15,777 nt of DNA from a bacterium (GTDB taxonomy: Bacteria; Zhuqueibacterota; Zhuqueibacteria; Oceanimicrobiales; Oceanimicrobiaceae), in contig JBHHYI010000094.1 of assembly GCA_046757525.1 (NCBI GenBank), positions 1 through 15,777 of the forward strand, written 5' to 3'. The notes under the pieces are model-generated. The model had not been told where the DNA came from, did not search any database, and was given only the letters and a program-made list of their open reading frames with translations. The translations under genes and the position numbers were made by a program. Positions 1-8,056 of this stretch are shown in pieces (positions within the stretch are counted from its first letter, which is position 1; each line of letters begins with the position of its first letter).

Positions 1-146
1 GCATTTTGAGTGCCGTTCCCTTTATGTTGACAAAGCTTCTCACCACTCATCCTAGACCAAGACTTTATCTTGAATATGTAGGCGATCAATAAGAACACGA
101 TAAAAGTCAATACTACAACTAACATCTTGTCTTCAACCGTTGAGTT

Positions 147-554
147 TTACAGTTTGTCGGCGACCCAACTCTTAGCGTCCCCAACAGCCAGCGCTTGCTC
201 AAAATATTCTTTCTTGCCTTGTAGTTTTCTATGATTACGCCGCTCTTCATCGCTTTTGAAAAATGTGTAATCAGGCCGAATCAGCTCACCACTTCCATGA
301 AAAGCCGCCTGCACCTCGAAGGCATGACCGAGAATCTTAAGGATGGGCTGCACGAAATCCTTTTCTAACTGCGCTTCGTTGGTTTCCTCTATGCCGTCCC
401 GAACTTTAAGATAGAGGTTCCGAATTTTCTTAAGAACTTCCTCAGATTCTCCGGCGCCTTTCCAGACATCTTGTTTTGGTAGGGTGTCATTTAAATAATG
501 GTCTGAAAAAAGATAATGACTTTGGTGTGACTGTCTGAATTGGATTTGCTGCAT
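147..554 (-). pseudogene. Truncated N-terminal nuclease region of a type IIG (Eco57I-like) restriction-modification enzyme
   Basis: 135-aa ORF with LFSxxYL, NEAQLExxFVQPILxILG, RPDY and AVGDAKxW motifs (PD-(D/E)xK-like), typical of the N-terminus of large fused R-M proteins. It stops shortly after DAKxW, and no methyltransferase continuation is recognisable in 1-146. Confidence 0.6.
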
Positions 555-699
555 TTCAAAGATTCATTAATTTAATTATTCAGATGTGTTCCAAATTCTA
601 ATTCATAAATCTTCGGGAGACTGTTTGCAGGACTTTAAAAGAACAATTCAAAATTTCGGAGGGATTGAAATTATTATCTTGCACCTCCTCGGGTGATTA

Positions 700-728
700 A
701 ATATACACAAACAAATAAATTAATTCAA
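700..728 (-). promoter_or_regulatory. Candidate sigma70 promoter TTGAAT-N17-TATATT with extended -10 TG
   Basis: Minus strand reads ttgaat taatttatttgtttgtg tatatt. Spacer is 17 nt and the promoter points toward the R-M fragment. Confidence 0.55.
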
Positions 729-821
729 GAAACTTTTCTTTAACCGGGACAAACAATGACGTTAAGACCGCGAACATATCGGCTTGTTTGTTGGGGATTT
801 AAGCTCACATAATCTCTCCAG

Positions 822-850
822 CCTCCCGAAGGTTTTGAACCTTCGGGAGG
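822..850. repeat. REP-like perfect 13-bp inverted repeat, possibly a bidirectional terminator or stabilising hairpin
   Basis: cctcccgaaggtt-ttg-aaccttcgggagg, downstream of queC; no long U-tract on either side. Confidence 0.7.
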
Positions 851-959
851 TTAGACTACTCCAGTAAATAAGTCTGAAGCTTGTTTCGTGTATCTTCATC
901 TATCTTATATTCCATCACAAATCTCCGATACTCTTTTGGACTCTTGGAACGGTTCAAAG

Positions 960-986
960 GCGCAAGCGTGGCTTGCGCACCCCAAA
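960..986. repeat. REP-like palindrome
   Basis: gcgcaagc-gtg-gcttgcgc (8-bp stem, 960-978) followed by accccaaa; intergenic, downstream of queC. Confidence 0.45.
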
Positions 987-1118
987 GCCGAAGGTTTCGC
1001 TCAAGCGGACGGTTTGCACTGTTTTCAGCGGTTCCCTCCCACGTTGCATGAAACTTTGACACTACCTTGGGCCGCGCATGCGGTGGCATGCTTCTCGAAA
1101 TCATGCGGGACAACACTC

Positions 1119-1802
1119 TCAATATTCCGGCCGCTCCGCATATTCGATTGGATCCGCCACCCCCGCTTGCTGGAATCCCCGCAGACGGAAAGCGCAGCTA
1201 TCGCACACGCCGCAAGCTTTGTCTTCCCTCTGGTAGCAGGACCAGGTCAGCTCAAAAGGTACCTTTAGCTCCAAACCCTTTTTGACAATCTCGTGTTTTT
1301 TCAAATGAATGATGGGGGTCTCGATGGAAATCGTTGTTTCGGGCCTGGTTCCCTCAGCAATCACACGTTCGAAAGCATCATAGAATTCGCGTCGGCAGTC
1401 GGGGTAACCTGAGCTGTCTTCCTCAACGGCGCCGACAAATATTCTGGTCGCCCCGACGACCTCTGCCCAACTGGTGGCGATGGAGAGCAGGCTGGCATTT
1501 CTAAACGGCACGTACGAAGTCGGTATGCCCTTGTTTTCCAAATCCGCTTTGGTCACGACCATGTTTCCGTCGGTCAGACTGGAGCCTCCAATCTGTGACA
1601 GGTAACCCACATTCACCACCAACTGCTTTTCCGCCTGGAAATGTTCTGCGATGGCCTTAAACGCCTGCAGCTCCCGGCCAACCGTACGCTGCCCGTAGTT
1701 GAGGTGCAATAAGGCCAGGCGAAAGTCTTGTTTGGCCATAGCGGTGGTGACCGCGCTGTCCATGCCGCCGCTGGCCAACACAACCGCGAGCTCTTTAGCC
1801 AT
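1119..1802 (-). CDS. queC: 7-cyano-7-deazaguanine synthase
   Basis: 227 aa; SGGMDS PP-loop, YGQR, YVPFRN, GYPDCR and the Zn motif WSCY-x7-CGVCDSC; adjacent to queF. Confidence 0.96.
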   Translation of the reverse strand: MAKELAVVLASGGMDSAVTTAMAKQDFRLALLHLNYGQRTVGRELQAFKAIAEHFQAEKQLVVNVGYLSQIGGSSLTDGNMVVTKADLENKGIPTSYVPFRNASLLSIATSWAEVVGATRIFVGAVEEDSSGYPDCRREFYDAFERVIAEGTRPETTISIETPIIHLKKHEIVKKGLELKVPFELTWSCYQREDKACGVCDSCAFRLRGFQQAGVADPIEYAERPEY

Positions 1803-1805
1803 GGC

Positions 1806-2147
1806 TCACTCCTTTTCGTAGGTTGCCTTCACCGTGGTCTGCAAGCCCCCCCGCACCGTAAAATCACCAACCACTTCCATCCTGCGCGGCGCGCAAGCTT
1901 TGACCAGATCATCCAATATTTTGTTGACCCCGGTTTCGTAAAAGATGCCCTCATTGCGGTATTCCAGGAAATAGTATTTCAAGGCCTTGAGTTCCAGGCA
2001 CTTTTTGTCGGGCACGTAGGTAATGGTAATGGTGCCAAAATCCGGCAAACCCGTTTTCGGACATACCGAGGTGTATTCGTTGTTAACGATGGTGACCGTG
2101 TAATCCCGCTGGGGATATTTGTTTTCAAAGGTTTCCAATCGTTCCAT
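1806..2147 (-). CDS. queF: NADPH-dependent 7-cyano-7-deazaguanine reductase (unimodular, short type)
   Basis: CPKTGLPDF (catalytic Cys/Asp), QueF motif ELKALKYY and C-terminal RGG. Start moved to ATG 2147, which has AGGAGG 8 nt upstream (113 aa). Confidence 0.95.
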   Translation of the reverse strand: MERLETFENKYPQRDYTVTIVNNEYTSVCPKTGLPDFGTITITYVPDKKCLELKALKYYFLEYRNEGIFYETGVNKILDDLVKACAPRRMEVVGDFTVRGGLQTTVKATYEKE

Positions 2148-2221
2148 AAGAACAGCCTCCTGAAATTGTGAAGAAGCTTTTTGGCGATGACTCGTCAATC
2201 AACTTACCCATGAGATGCCCT

Positions 2222-2240
2222 CGCAATCGAGACGATTGCG
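2222..2240. repeat. Short REP-like hairpin between amidase and queF
   Basis: cgcaatcg-aga-cgattgcg, 8-bp perfect stem, preceded by GTAA on the minus strand. Confidence 0.35.
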
Positions 2241-2312
2241 TTACGTTCAACAGAGCGTTTCCAAACAAACAGTCAGCGTCTCTCTGAGCTTCTGCGCCAC
2301 AGAAACGATCCC

Positions 2313-4169
2313 TCACTGAGACCCTGGTGCGCTGGTTGGCGTTTTTTCCGTGTCCGGAAAGGAGGATTCGATCTCTTCGGCAATCTGCTCTCTGACGAAA
2401 TCTTTAATGCCCGCCACTACGGCCACGGCCAGGTCCTCCAGGAAGGCGTCGTTCATGAGCAGCATTTCATCTTCCGGGTGGGACAAAAAGGTAGCCTCCA
2501 CCAGAAATGAAAGCATGCTGGTTTGACGCGTCACAAAATACGTGGAGGTAATCCTGCCGTAGGGCTGCAATCCCAACTTCAGCAAGCGGGCATAGACGCT
2601 CTTTGCAATGGCCATGGCCTGGGGGACGGTGTAATAGGTGCTGGTCCCTCGCACGCGCAAAGGATCGGTGCTCAGACCCACCGAGTTGTTGTGCAGCCAG
2701 ACGAAAATGTGAGCTTGCGCCCGTTGCGCCAAATCGATGCGTTCCTGGAGCGTCATGGTGGTGTCCTGGTTGCGCGTTCGCACCACCGTTGCGCCCGCGG
2801 CCTCCAACAAGTCGGCAACCTTCATGGTGTAGCGCAAATTCACTGTTTTTTCTTCCAAACCCGTTGCACCCAGGGCCCCATGATTCTCGCCACCGTGCCC
2901 GGGGTCTACAGCGATCACCAGTCCTTGCAACAGCAGCGAATCGGCAGCGGCGGAAAAGCGTGGCGTTTTTCTTATGTTTAACCAGAACTGATTGCCAAGG
3001 TAAGCGCCACGGAATCCCCATTGTTGCTTCTGGATAAGCTCAATCCTCACGACGGCAACATCGCTTCCTTGCTGCCTTCTTCTTATGATTTTAATGTGTT
3101 TGTTATCCGGCAAATTAGAAATCCATTCAGAGCTGTGTTGTGCCCGGTAAAAGTAAATCTCCAACGCGGCCGGCCGCAACAATTGCTCCAGGCGATAGGC
3201 AACTCTGTTGCTCACATTTATGCGCACCTGCAGCCAATTCCTTGTTTCAAAAACGCTTATGCTACCAACGTCGGCAAAAGGAAGAGAGCCACTCAATGCG
3301 CGCCTGCCAAGACTCGATGACGCCAAATAGCCGACCACATTGTTGGCCAATCGCACCCTGGTGATTGCTCCGCTTTCTTTGAGGATTTCCAGCTTGATGC
3401 CCGCGGGCAGCTCCGTCAGGATGACACCATCGGGTTCGGTGGTAACGATGTTGTTGGAATCGGCCGTCACGCCTATGAGCGGCCGCGCAGCCGGTAAGAC
3501 CCGCACCTTTCCTTCCGATCTTGTCCTTGCCGTGTGACCGTCCCGGCCGCGCAGCTTGAACTTAATCGGTCTGGGCTTAAACTCCTTCAAACTCGGGATT
3601 CGAACAACGCCTCGATAGACGCCCCTCAAGCCGTGCGCTTGGGACGGCGGCACTTCCGCCATCGACAGATTTTTTGCAATTTTATCCAAAGTGAACGACG
3701 CCTTACCACCAGGACTTCCCTGGAACTCAACTTCCAGAAACTCTCCGGCCACGATGCTGACATCGCTCGTGGGTTTAACTTGCTCAGGATCAATGCGTGT
3801 CGGTCTTCGAGGCAAAGATTGAACGGGGGTCGGCCTAAACACTGCGACCGTATCGCTTAGAACGCCCAAACTGTCCCGCGCCGTCACAACGATCTCATTA
3901 GTGCCGGGTTCCAAAGAAACCAATCCCACAAATGCTCCAGACGGGTAAACCCGGGTTTCCTGCCCTTGCACCCAGACTCTGGCCGTGGACAGGGCCGAGC
4001 CGGCATAGCGTACCTGGTCAAAAGCCACCGTGTCTCCTTCGGAAGGAATGACCACTCTTAACCGCAACGAGTCCGAGAACTCCAAATTCTGGGCATAATT
4101 GCTGCTTGCCACAAAAAGACAGGTGAAAATCACAATCTTTTGCAAGCAGCCTGTGTTACAAACGCGCAT
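2313..4169 (-). CDS. Secreted multidomain N-acetylmuramoyl-L-alanine amidase (Amidase_3 C-terminal domain)
   Basis: IAVDPGHGG, GLEEK, LQERI, FVWLHNNS and LVEATFLS Zn-amidase motifs, with a long beta-rich N-terminal region. The likely start is ATG 4169, which gives a signal-peptide-like N-terminus (the ORF is open to 4232). Confidence 0.9.
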   Translation of the reverse strand: MRVCNTGCLQKIVIFTCLFVASSNYAQNLEFSDSLRLRVVIPSEGDTVAFDQVRYAGSALSTARVWVQGQETRVYPSGAFVGLVSLEPGTNEIVVTARDSLGVLSDTVAVFRPTPVQSLPRRPTRIDPEQVKPTSDVSIVAGEFLEVEFQGSPGGKASFTLDKIAKNLSMAEVPPSQAHGLRGVYRGVVRIPSLKEFKPRPIKFKLRGRDGHTARTRSEGKVRVLPAARPLIGVTADSNNIVTTEPDGVILTELPAGIKLEILKESGAITRVRLANNVVGYLASSSLGRRALSGSLPFADVGSISVFETRNWLQVRINVSNRVAYRLEQLLRPAALEIYFYRAQHSSEWISNLPDNKHIKIIRRRQQGSDVAVVRIELIQKQQWGFRGAYLGNQFWLNIRKTPRFSAAADSLLLQGLVIAVDPGHGGENHGALGATGLEEKTVNLRYTMKVADLLEAAGATVVRTRNQDTTMTLQERIDLAQRAQAHIFVWLHNNSVGLSTDPLRVRGTSTYYTVPQAMAIAKSVYARLLKLGLQPYGRITSTYFVTRQTSMLSFLVEATFLSHPEDEMLLMNDAFLEDLAVAVVAGIKDFVREQIAEEIESSFPDTEKTPTSAPGSQ

Positions 4170-4269
4170 GTTGAAATTTCCCGACTCATTGAGCTGGTCT
4201 GGCGCACGCCCCAGATGCAGCGAAAAGTTCAAAAATTACGGTCTCACACCGCGGAAAGTTGTGCAAAGG

Positions 4270-4298
4270 AATATAGTTACTTTTGAATTGAAAATCAA
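4270..4298 (-). promoter_or_regulatory. Candidate sigma70 promoter for amidase-queF-queC (TTGATT-N17-TATATT)
   Basis: Minus strand ttgatt ttcaattcaaaagtaac tatatt. It has the same -10 hexamer as the 700-728 candidate, and its -35 overlaps the U-tract of the upstream terminator. Confidence 0.55.
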
Positions 4299-4329
4299 AA
4301 AAAAATCCCTAGGATTTTAGCCTAGGGAT
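4297..4329 (-). terminator. Rho-independent terminator with no upstream protein gene
   Basis: 9-bp stem atccctagg/cctagggat (4305-4313/4321-4329), 7-nt loop, and a T9 run on the minus strand. Confidence 0.75.
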
Positions 4330-4410
4330 CTTAGAGGAGGAAGGAAAGAAATAGGAGGTTACCAAATGATAACTTATTTCTTTTCTTTCAAAAATAGGTA
4401 ACAACGTAAT
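4297..4410 (-). ncRNA. Candidate small RNA with CU-rich anti-SD tract (5' end uncertain)
   Basis: Orphan terminator preceded by aacctcctatttctttccttcctcctct on the minus strand, plus an internal hairpin; no recognised family. Confidence 0.3.
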
Positions 4411-4620
4411 TTTCTGTTTTCTTCCCCAACTTGCAAATTTTTTTAATTTTTTTTGAGAAATTTCTCCTACCATTCAGGTAACGGGAATCATTCAAACTGA
4501 GATGAAATCTGTGATGCCTGGAAAACCAGCAAGTATGGACCCGCGAAGAATAGTTGCTGTTTGCGGTGAGTAGGGGCTGTCCGATAAAGGCACTGATGTC
4601 ATTCCGAATTCGGGCAAGCC

Positions 4621-4770
4621 CATAGGCCTCAACTTAAGCCCCCAAACTGTCATTTCGAGCGAAACGAAGTGAAGCGAGAAATCTGGTCTGTGCCTAAATC
4701 AGACCCCTCGACTACGCTTCGCTCGGGGTGACAATCTGGTGGTTAGACACCCGTTAAGTTGACGCCAATG
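4621..4770. mobile_element. 150-bp non-autonomous MITE with IS231-like (IS4 family) ends
   Basis: 17-bp TIRs cataggcctcaacttaa / ttaagttgacgccaatg (15/17 match). Flanks tcgggcaagcc / ggcggcaagcc share 8 of 11 bp (imperfect TSD). The CAT...TCAACTTAAG ends resemble IS231 IRs as recalled. Confidence 0.7.
4648..4733. repeat. Inner TGTCA...TGACA palindromic element carried inside the MITE
   Basis: tgtcatttcgagcgaa...gagaaatct ... agacccctcg...ttcgctcggggtgaca; the termini are complementary and there is an internal ggtctg/cagacc hairpin. Confidence 0.75.
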
Positions 4771-5014
4771 GGCGGCAAGCCGGATGAGGAATCTGAAAGG
4801 GCACTGAACGTTCTGAGTGCGTACAAAAACTGATTACTAAGCGATCGTAAGTGCGCGTCTAGATTTCTCCTCAGGCTGCCGCCTGACTCGAAATGACAGC
4901 CCGGCGGAGCTTTTGGACGGTCTGAAATAGAGCGATGTCCCCATTTTACAATAGCTAAGGAACCAAAAAATCACTACTACAACAGCTCAGACGAAGTTTT
5001 GTCAACAATCCAGC

Positions 5015-5041
5015 TTAAGTATTTCTGCAGCCAACCGATAC
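5015..5041 (+). promoter_or_regulatory. Candidate sigma28 (FliA/SigD-type) promoter
   Basis: TTAAGTAT-N11-ACCGATAC versus consensus TAAAGTTT-N11-GCCGATAA (6/8 and 6/8, exact spacing), about 43 nt upstream of the 5084 ATG. Confidence 0.4.
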
Positions 5042-5083
5042 ATTAAATTAAGTTAAGAAAGGTTAAGATTTAGGAAGTTAAAA

Positions 5084-5440
5084 ATGAAAGTTAGATCTCT
5101 TTGCTTCACCTTGAGTATTTTGATTCTTTCCCTATCCGGTTCAGCCTTGAGTCGATCGAAAACAGCCAAAGGGGAAGATTCGATCACTGCTCCGACTGAA
5201 AGCAAGAGCCTGGCGGAAAAGGCACGAATAAAGAAGGAGCTGTTTTACTGGCAGCTAAGGCTCACCGGGGACGTCCCGTTTGCGGCAAAAAAAATCGAAA
5301 AGTTGCACCTGGACCGGTTGCGAATACAAAAGTCTATCGAACGGCTGGAATTCCTTGCCAAAGTCAAACGAGTCAAAAACAAAAACGCCCTCGCGAAATC
5401 GGATTCAGATCAGGATGAGAGACTGAGTTTCGAGGACTAA
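5084..5440 (+). CDS. Hypothetical secreted, basic, probably helical protein
   Basis: 118 aa with an N-terminal signal peptide (MKVRSLCFTLSILILSLSGSALS), AGGA SD, and its own terminator at 5496-5524. It is not overlapped by another gene; no family recognised. Confidence 0.7.
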   Translation: MKVRSLCFTLSILILSLSGSALSRSKTAKGEDSITAPTESKSLAEKARIKKELFYWQLRLTGDVPFAAKKIEKLHLDRLRIQKSIERLEFLAKVKRVKNKNALAKSDSDQDERLSFED

Positions 5441-5495
5441 CAAAACGTACCCGGAACGAACTCAAGGACGAAGTTCTTCCAATTGAGGTACGATC

Positions 5496-5524
5496 AAGCG
5501 ACCCCCACCAGGGTCGCTTTTTTT
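5496..5524 (+). terminator. Rho-independent terminator
   Basis: aagcgaccc-ccacca-gggtcgctt followed by a T-run, downstream of the plus-strand ORF. Confidence 0.8.
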
Positions 5525-5535
5525 ATTTCATTGAT

Positions 5536-5656
5536 CTCGTGCCCACGGTCTCGGTGGGGATCTCTCCCAACGCTCAGCGTCGAGTCTACCAGCGCCGCGC
5601 TACAATGGACGCAAGAGCGTCCTGAATGCGTTCTCCACGCCGAGCGTGGAAACGAG
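5536..5656. repeat. Degenerate REP-like composite palindrome (CTCGT.CCCACG...CGTGG.AACGAG type)
   Basis: Termini ctcgtgcccacg...cgtggaaacgag are complementary, with internal hairpins (ggacgc-aaga-gcgtcc, tccacgc-cga-gcgtgga). It lies between convergent genes. Confidence 0.65.
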
Positions 5657-5738
5657 GGGTACGTCATCGTATTTAGGAAGCGAGGTGCTAAGTAAACTTT
5701 CCTGCGAATCAACACCCTGATTCAATTTAGTAGCAAAA

Positions 5739-6425
5739 TCAGGCTTCGATGATTTTCAAAAATTCTGCGTAGTTGCTCAAGTCACGGAACAAGTAGTCTG
5801 GATTTGAATCGGCCAACTGATCGAAGGAAAAGAAGCCCGTGGCCACGGCAACGCTCTTTGCGCCCAACGGTCTGGCACAAGCTACGTCAAGCGGGGTGTC
5901 CCCAACCACGTACACATTTTCAGGCGGGAAACTCGTGCTGAACTCCTCCTGACAGCGCTGCACAGCCAGGTGCGGCAAGGCCTCGCGATTTTCCGAGTCG
6001 TCGGCAAAGACGCCCATTTTAAAATGAGAGAGAATACCAAAATACGCTAATTTAATCTGCGCACCTTGTTTCCAGTTGCCCGTCAGCAAGCCCAACAGAA
6101 TGTCTTCTTTTGCAGAGAGCGCTTGCAGGACTTCTGGAATGCCAGGCTCGATCTTCTTGCCGGCGTGAGGTTTTTCAATCTCCGTTTTCAGCAGATTGAA
6201 ATAGGTTTCTTTGAAGTTTTCTTCTTTCTCCGGGCTCCATTGCAATCCGTTGCCAGCCAGGGCGTCCTTGAGGATTAACGGGTCGGTGCGTCCGGCAAAA
6301 TCCACGCTGTCAAAACCATTGCTCCGATTAAACAGCGTAGCAAACGCCTGAGTCATGGCGCGCCGCCCGCTTCCCCCGGAATTGACGAGGGTCAGATCGA
6401 CATCGAATAATAGCAGTTTCATCAT
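5739..6425 (-). CDS. HAD-superfamily hydrolase (phosphoglycolate phosphatase-like)
   Basis: Motif I LLFDVDLTL, motif II LLTGN and motif IV VVGDTPLD; 228 aa. Confidence 0.9.
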   Translation of the reverse strand: MMKLLLFDVDLTLVNSGGSGRRAMTQAFATLFNRSNGFDSVDFAGRTDPLILKDALAGNGLQWSPEKEENFKETYFNLLKTEIEKPHAGKKIEPGIPEVLQALSAKEDILLGLLTGNWKQGAQIKLAYFGILSHFKMGVFADDSENREALPHLAVQRCQEEFSTSFPPENVYVVGDTPLDVACARPLGAKSVAVATGFFSFDQLADSNPDYLFRDLSNYAEFLKIIEA

Positions 6426-6477
6426 GCGTTAATTTAAGAATAATTGTGGTAAAAGCAAAGGGAGATTTGGCAGGCGG

Positions 6478-7683
6478 TCAGCGATTCCCATTGGCCATTC
6501 TTGCAGCTTCCGGCAATCGCCGCAAACGCGCCATGGCAACAATGCCAAGGATCGGTCCGAACCCCAAGATCGAGAAGGCGGTGCCCCAACCGGCTATTTC
6601 CTGAACGTACGGCACCAGGCGAATAGAGATCATGGTGAGCAAGAAACCGAGGCTGGTCTGAAGAGTCAAAACCGTGCCCATGTACTCGGGATCGCACAGC
6701 TCCGAGGCCGCGGTGGAGAATTGCGCTGAATCGGCGACAACGGTCAGTCCCCAGATTGTACAAATGAGCAGCAAACCCAGCGGGTGCACGAAGTGCAGAA
6801 AGCCCACGACAAAACAGCAAAATCCACTAATTCCCATAGACGTGATCGTGGAGATGCTTCGCCCGATCCGTTCGGCCCACAATCCGTACAAAATGCAGCC
6901 GGCCGCGCCAGCCGCAATGACAATAAAAGCTGCAACGCCGGGAGAATAAGATAGGGTGTGATTTTGGTAAACTTTGCTGTCCGTCAACAAAAACAAGGGA
7001 ATCCAGGTCCACATGGCATACAGCTCCCACATGTGACCGAAATAGCCAAAATAGGCCAGTCGCGTAGGTCTATCCTTCAGAATCGTAATGAAGTACTTGA
7101 AATCAAAAGCCTGGGCGGGCACATTGAAAGGGCCGTCCTTCACAAACAGAAGCACCATCAATCCCGCCAGGACAGAAAAAGCAGAACTGGCTAAGATGGT
7201 CGCTTGCCATTGTTGCTGCAAAAAGGAGCCAACCAGGTGTGGCAAGGCCGAACCGATGGTCAGAGCCCCGACCAGAGTCCCCAGGGCAAATCCCCGCCCA
7301 CTTTTAAACCAGCCGGCCATGATCTTCATGCCCGGCGGGTAAATGCCGGCAAGAAAGATGCCTGAAAGAAACCGCAAAAACACGCCGACTGGAACATTGC
7401 CCGAAGTAACAGGAAACAACGCATTGACCAGGGCCGACAAAAAGGCGGAAACGGCAAACAAATGCCTGGTGTTCAGGACATCTGCCAAATTGGTAATGGC
7501 AAGCAACAAGGTGCCCAATACAAAACCCAATTGGACGGCCATCACCAACCAGGCAATTTGACCACTGGAATAGCCCCACTGAAGTTTCAACGCAGGCCCC
7601 ACCGCAGAGGCACTGAACCAAACCGTCATGGCCAGCAATGTAGATATGCTGAGCATGCTTAACATTTTTTGCGGTCGAGACAC
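6478..7683 (-). CDS. Major facilitator superfamily transporter
   Basis: 401 aa with about 12 hydrophobic segments and MFS loop motifs (LADVLNTR, WAERIGR); substrate unknown. Confidence 0.9.
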   Translation of the reverse strand: MSRPQKMLSMLSISTLLAMTVWFSASAVGPALKLQWGYSSGQIAWLVMAVQLGFVLGTLLLAITNLADVLNTRHLFAVSAFLSALVNALFPVTSGNVPVGVFLRFLSGIFLAGIYPPGMKIMAGWFKSGRGFALGTLVGALTIGSALPHLVGSFLQQQWQATILASSAFSVLAGLMVLLFVKDGPFNVPAQAFDFKYFITILKDRPTRLAYFGYFGHMWELYAMWTWIPLFLLTDSKVYQNHTLSYSPGVAAFIVIAAGAAGCILYGLWAERIGRSISTITSMGISGFCCFVVGFLHFVHPLGLLLICTIWGLTVVADSAQFSTAASELCDPEYMGTVLTLQTSLGFLLTMISIRLVPYVQEIAGWGTAFSILGFGPILGIVAMARLRRLPEAARMANGNR

Positions 7684-7711
7684 TATCCAGGCTCCATTCC
7701 AGCGATTGGGC

Positions 7712-8056
7712 TCAATACCCTTTCAACGCTTCGGCTTCTTCATCGAAATGGTCCATGTATTTGGTGATGCCAACCATGTCGAATATTTTCTTGAAATGCT
7801 CGGTCAGACCCCAGGAACGCAACACCTGACCTTTTTTCCGACTCTTGGTTAGGATTCCAATGATGATAGCCATCCCGGCGCTGTTGATGTAGGAGACCTG
7901 CTCAAAATTCAACCCGATCTTTGTAATGCCCTCTTGCGTAAAGCGTTCGTAGGCCTCGAGCAACAGCTTTTCAGAGAAACTCGTGACTTCTCCCTGAATG
8001 TCCAAGATCCCAACATCGTTCACCACCCTTGTTTCCACGCGGGTGTCCTTATTCAT
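7712..8056 (-). CDS. STAS-domain anti-sigma factor antagonist (RsbV/SpoIIAA-like)
   Basis: 114 aa; LDIQGEV and VSYINSAGMAII with the conserved phosphorylatable Ser; ATGA overlap with the GT2 gene. Confidence 0.88.
   Translation of the reverse strand: MNKDTRVETRVVNDVGILDIQGEVTSFSEKLLLEAYERFTQEGITKIGLNFEQVSYINSAGMAIIIGILTKSRKKGQVLRSWGLTEHFKKIFDMVGITKYMDHFDEEAEALKGY

Larger units (their letters stand above)
4597..4898. repeat. TGTCATT...AATGACA-bounded palindromic element (outer copy) with its left arm interrupted by a MITE
   Basis: The reverse complement of the right arm 4861-4898 (TGTCATTTCGAGTCAGGCGGCAGCCTGAGGAGAAATCT) aligns with the left arm rebuilt from 4597-4611 plus 4771-4794 (TGTCATTCCGAATTCGGCGGCAAGCCGGATGAGGAATCT). 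Confidence 0.75.

Noticed and set aside
147..2147. queC-queF beside an R-M fragment as a 7-deazaguanine DNA-modification (Dpd) or QatABCD-type defence system
   Set aside because: There is no dpdA/TGT paralogue or qat gene. QueC and QueF look canonical and follow a housekeeping amidase, and the R-M fragment has a separate promoter and base composition.
2148..2312. PreQ1 riboswitch upstream of queF
   Set aside because: No recognisable preQ1 stem-loop with A-rich tail; only a short REP-like hairpin. An Infernal search would be decisive.
4573..4923. A fourth, outermost IS-like IR pair (ggggctgtccgataaag ... cttttggacggtct)
   Set aside because: The match is short and gapped with no clear target duplication; suggestive but not supportable.
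4560..4930. CRISPR array or structured RNA gene in the long intergenic region
   Set aside because: There are no regularly spaced direct repeats, and the structure is explained by nested inverted repeats.
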